From a phage: DNA of 314 nt. Below, piece by piece: positions 1 through 314 of this stretch. The stretch lies in the sequence record X15716.1, one strand, 5' to 3'. Made by a program: the position numbers and the translations under genes. Each line of letters opens with the position of its first letter. Position 1 is the first letter of the stretch. The notes beneath the pieces were generated by a model. That model had not been told where the DNA came from and searched no databases. It saw only the letters and a program-made list of their open reading frames with translations.

Positions 1-1
1 T

Positions 2-220
2 GAAGTTGAGCATTACCCAATTGAAATGTCTGTTGGTTCTGGTGGTGTTTGTTCTGCTCGCGATTGTGCTACTGTTGATATTCATCCTCGTACTTCTGGT
101 AATAATGTTTTTGTTGGTGTGATTTGTTCTAGCGCTAAATGGACCTCCGGTCGTGTGATTGGTACCATCGCTACGACTCAGGTTATTCATGAATACCAAG
201 TCCTTCAGCCGCTTAAATAA
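2..220 (+). CDS. G: Microvirus major spike protein G, C-terminal 72 codons plus stop; 5'-partial, CDS continues upstream of the window
   Basis: Frame is open from position 2 (gaa gtt gag cat tac cca att gaa atg…) to TAA at 218-220, so the ATG at 26 is an internal Met. The translation [72 protein letters not shown] aligns with the recalled phiX174 G C-terminus (DC.T.D..PRT.GNNV.VG … QVI … LQPLK conserved, one indel). 47 of 72 codons end in T, typical of phiX-like phages. Coding GC is about 42% against about 60% downstream. Confidence 0.85.
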
Positions 221-227
221 AAGGCTG
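206..227 (+). other. Weak hairpin straddling the G stop codon: 5-bp stem (cagcc/ggctg) with 12-nt A-rich loop containing TAA
   Basis: 206-210 cagcc is the reverse complement of 223-227 ggctg; the loop 211-222 is gcttaaataaaa. The large loop makes it only marginally stable. Confidence 0.25.
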
Positions 228-235
228 CCGCACTC

Positions 236-270
236 CCGGTTAGATGCCTGCCCAGTGTAGGGCAGACCGG
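236..270 (+). other. Outer 5-bp stem (ccggt/accgg) enclosing the 248-265 hairpin; possible coaxially stacked compound structure
   Basis: 236-240 ccggt is the reverse complement of 266-270 accgg. Position 266 is immediately 3' of the inner hairpin's last base (265), which would allow stacking. Short stems like this can arise by chance. Confidence 0.35.
248..265 (+). other. Stem-loop in viral-strand ssDNA/mRNA: 6-bp GC-rich stem (ctgccc/gggcag) with 6-nt loop (agtgta)
   Basis: Direct inspection: 248-253 ctgccc pairs perfectly with 260-265 gggcag (5 G:C and 1 T:A); the loop is 254-259. Confidence 0.6.
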
Positions 271-314
271 TACGGAGATACCCGATAAACTAGGAACGTG
301 GAAGGCGTTAGCCG

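Larger units (their letters stand above)
221..314 (+). other. Non-coding spacer downstream of gene G (presumed G-H intergenic region); candidate primase-dependent complementary-strand origin and/or transcription terminator region
   Basis: No ORF with a plausible RBS occurs in 94 nt after the G stop. GC rises to about 60% (56 of 94). Nested inverted repeats are present at 236-270. In alpha3/St-1/phiK-type microviruses the complementary-strand origin is reported between G and H (established knowledge, from memory). The function is inferred, and the region is cut off by the window end. Confidence 0.45.

Noticed and set aside
26-220. ATG at 26 as the true start of a 64-aa protein
   Set aside because: The reading frame is open to the 5' window edge and homology to microvirus G continues upstream; this is an internal methionine.
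161-271. Palindromic hexamers GGTACC (161-166, KpnI site) and ACCGGT (266-271, AgeI site)
   Set aside because: Isolated 6-bp palindromes are expected by chance and there is no evidence of engineering or of restriction-modification relevance.
248-275. Canonical rho-independent terminator at the GC-rich hairpin
   Set aside because: No T/U-tract follows the stem (the sequence after it is accggtacggagata), so it does not fit the intrinsic terminator model; retained only as a weak/leaky candidate in the findings.
244-288. Small ORF (atg cct gcc cag tgt agg gca gac cgg tac gga gat acc cga taa; 14 aa)
   Set aside because: No Shine-Dalgarno sequence upstream, it lies entirely within the hairpin-forming spacer, and it is too short to support without conservation evidence.
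292-314. AGGA (292-295) followed by GTG (298-300) as a possible gene H start
   Set aside because: Spacing of 2 nt between the SD-like motif and GTG is too short, and the encoded VEGVS does not resemble the expected H N-terminus (MFGAIAGG-like in phiX174). The real H start is probably beyond the window, though this cannot be fully excluded.
1-314. CRISPR repeats, tRNA/rRNA, mobile element termini, or a novel defence or other system
   Set aside because: No direct repeats, no tRNA-like structure, no minus-strand ORFs; the window is fully explained by a known microvirus gene G end plus intergenic region.

Overview
This window is the 3' end of a phiX174-like microvirus (Microviridae, Bullavirinae) gene G, encoding the major spike protein, followed by at least 94 nt of GC-rich, hairpin-forming non-coding sequence (221-314). 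The only substantial ORF (26-220 in the track) is a truncated view of a longer CDS: the frame is open back to the window edge (codons from position 2), so the ATG at 26 is internal. The translated C-terminus (…[20 protein letters not shown]…[13 protein letters not shown]) matches my recollection of the phiX174 G protein C-terminus (…[20 protein letters not shown]…QVIKEIICLQPLK) at roughly half the positions, and 47 of 72 codons end in T, a hallmark of these phages. The long structured spacer after G argues against phiX174 itself (short G-H spacer) and fits the alpha3/St-1/phiK lineage, where the primase-dependent complementary-strand origin is reported between G and H; this is from memory and not verified. 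I see no evidence of a novel system: this is a well-characterised phage genome region, and all comparisons here are recalled, not computed.
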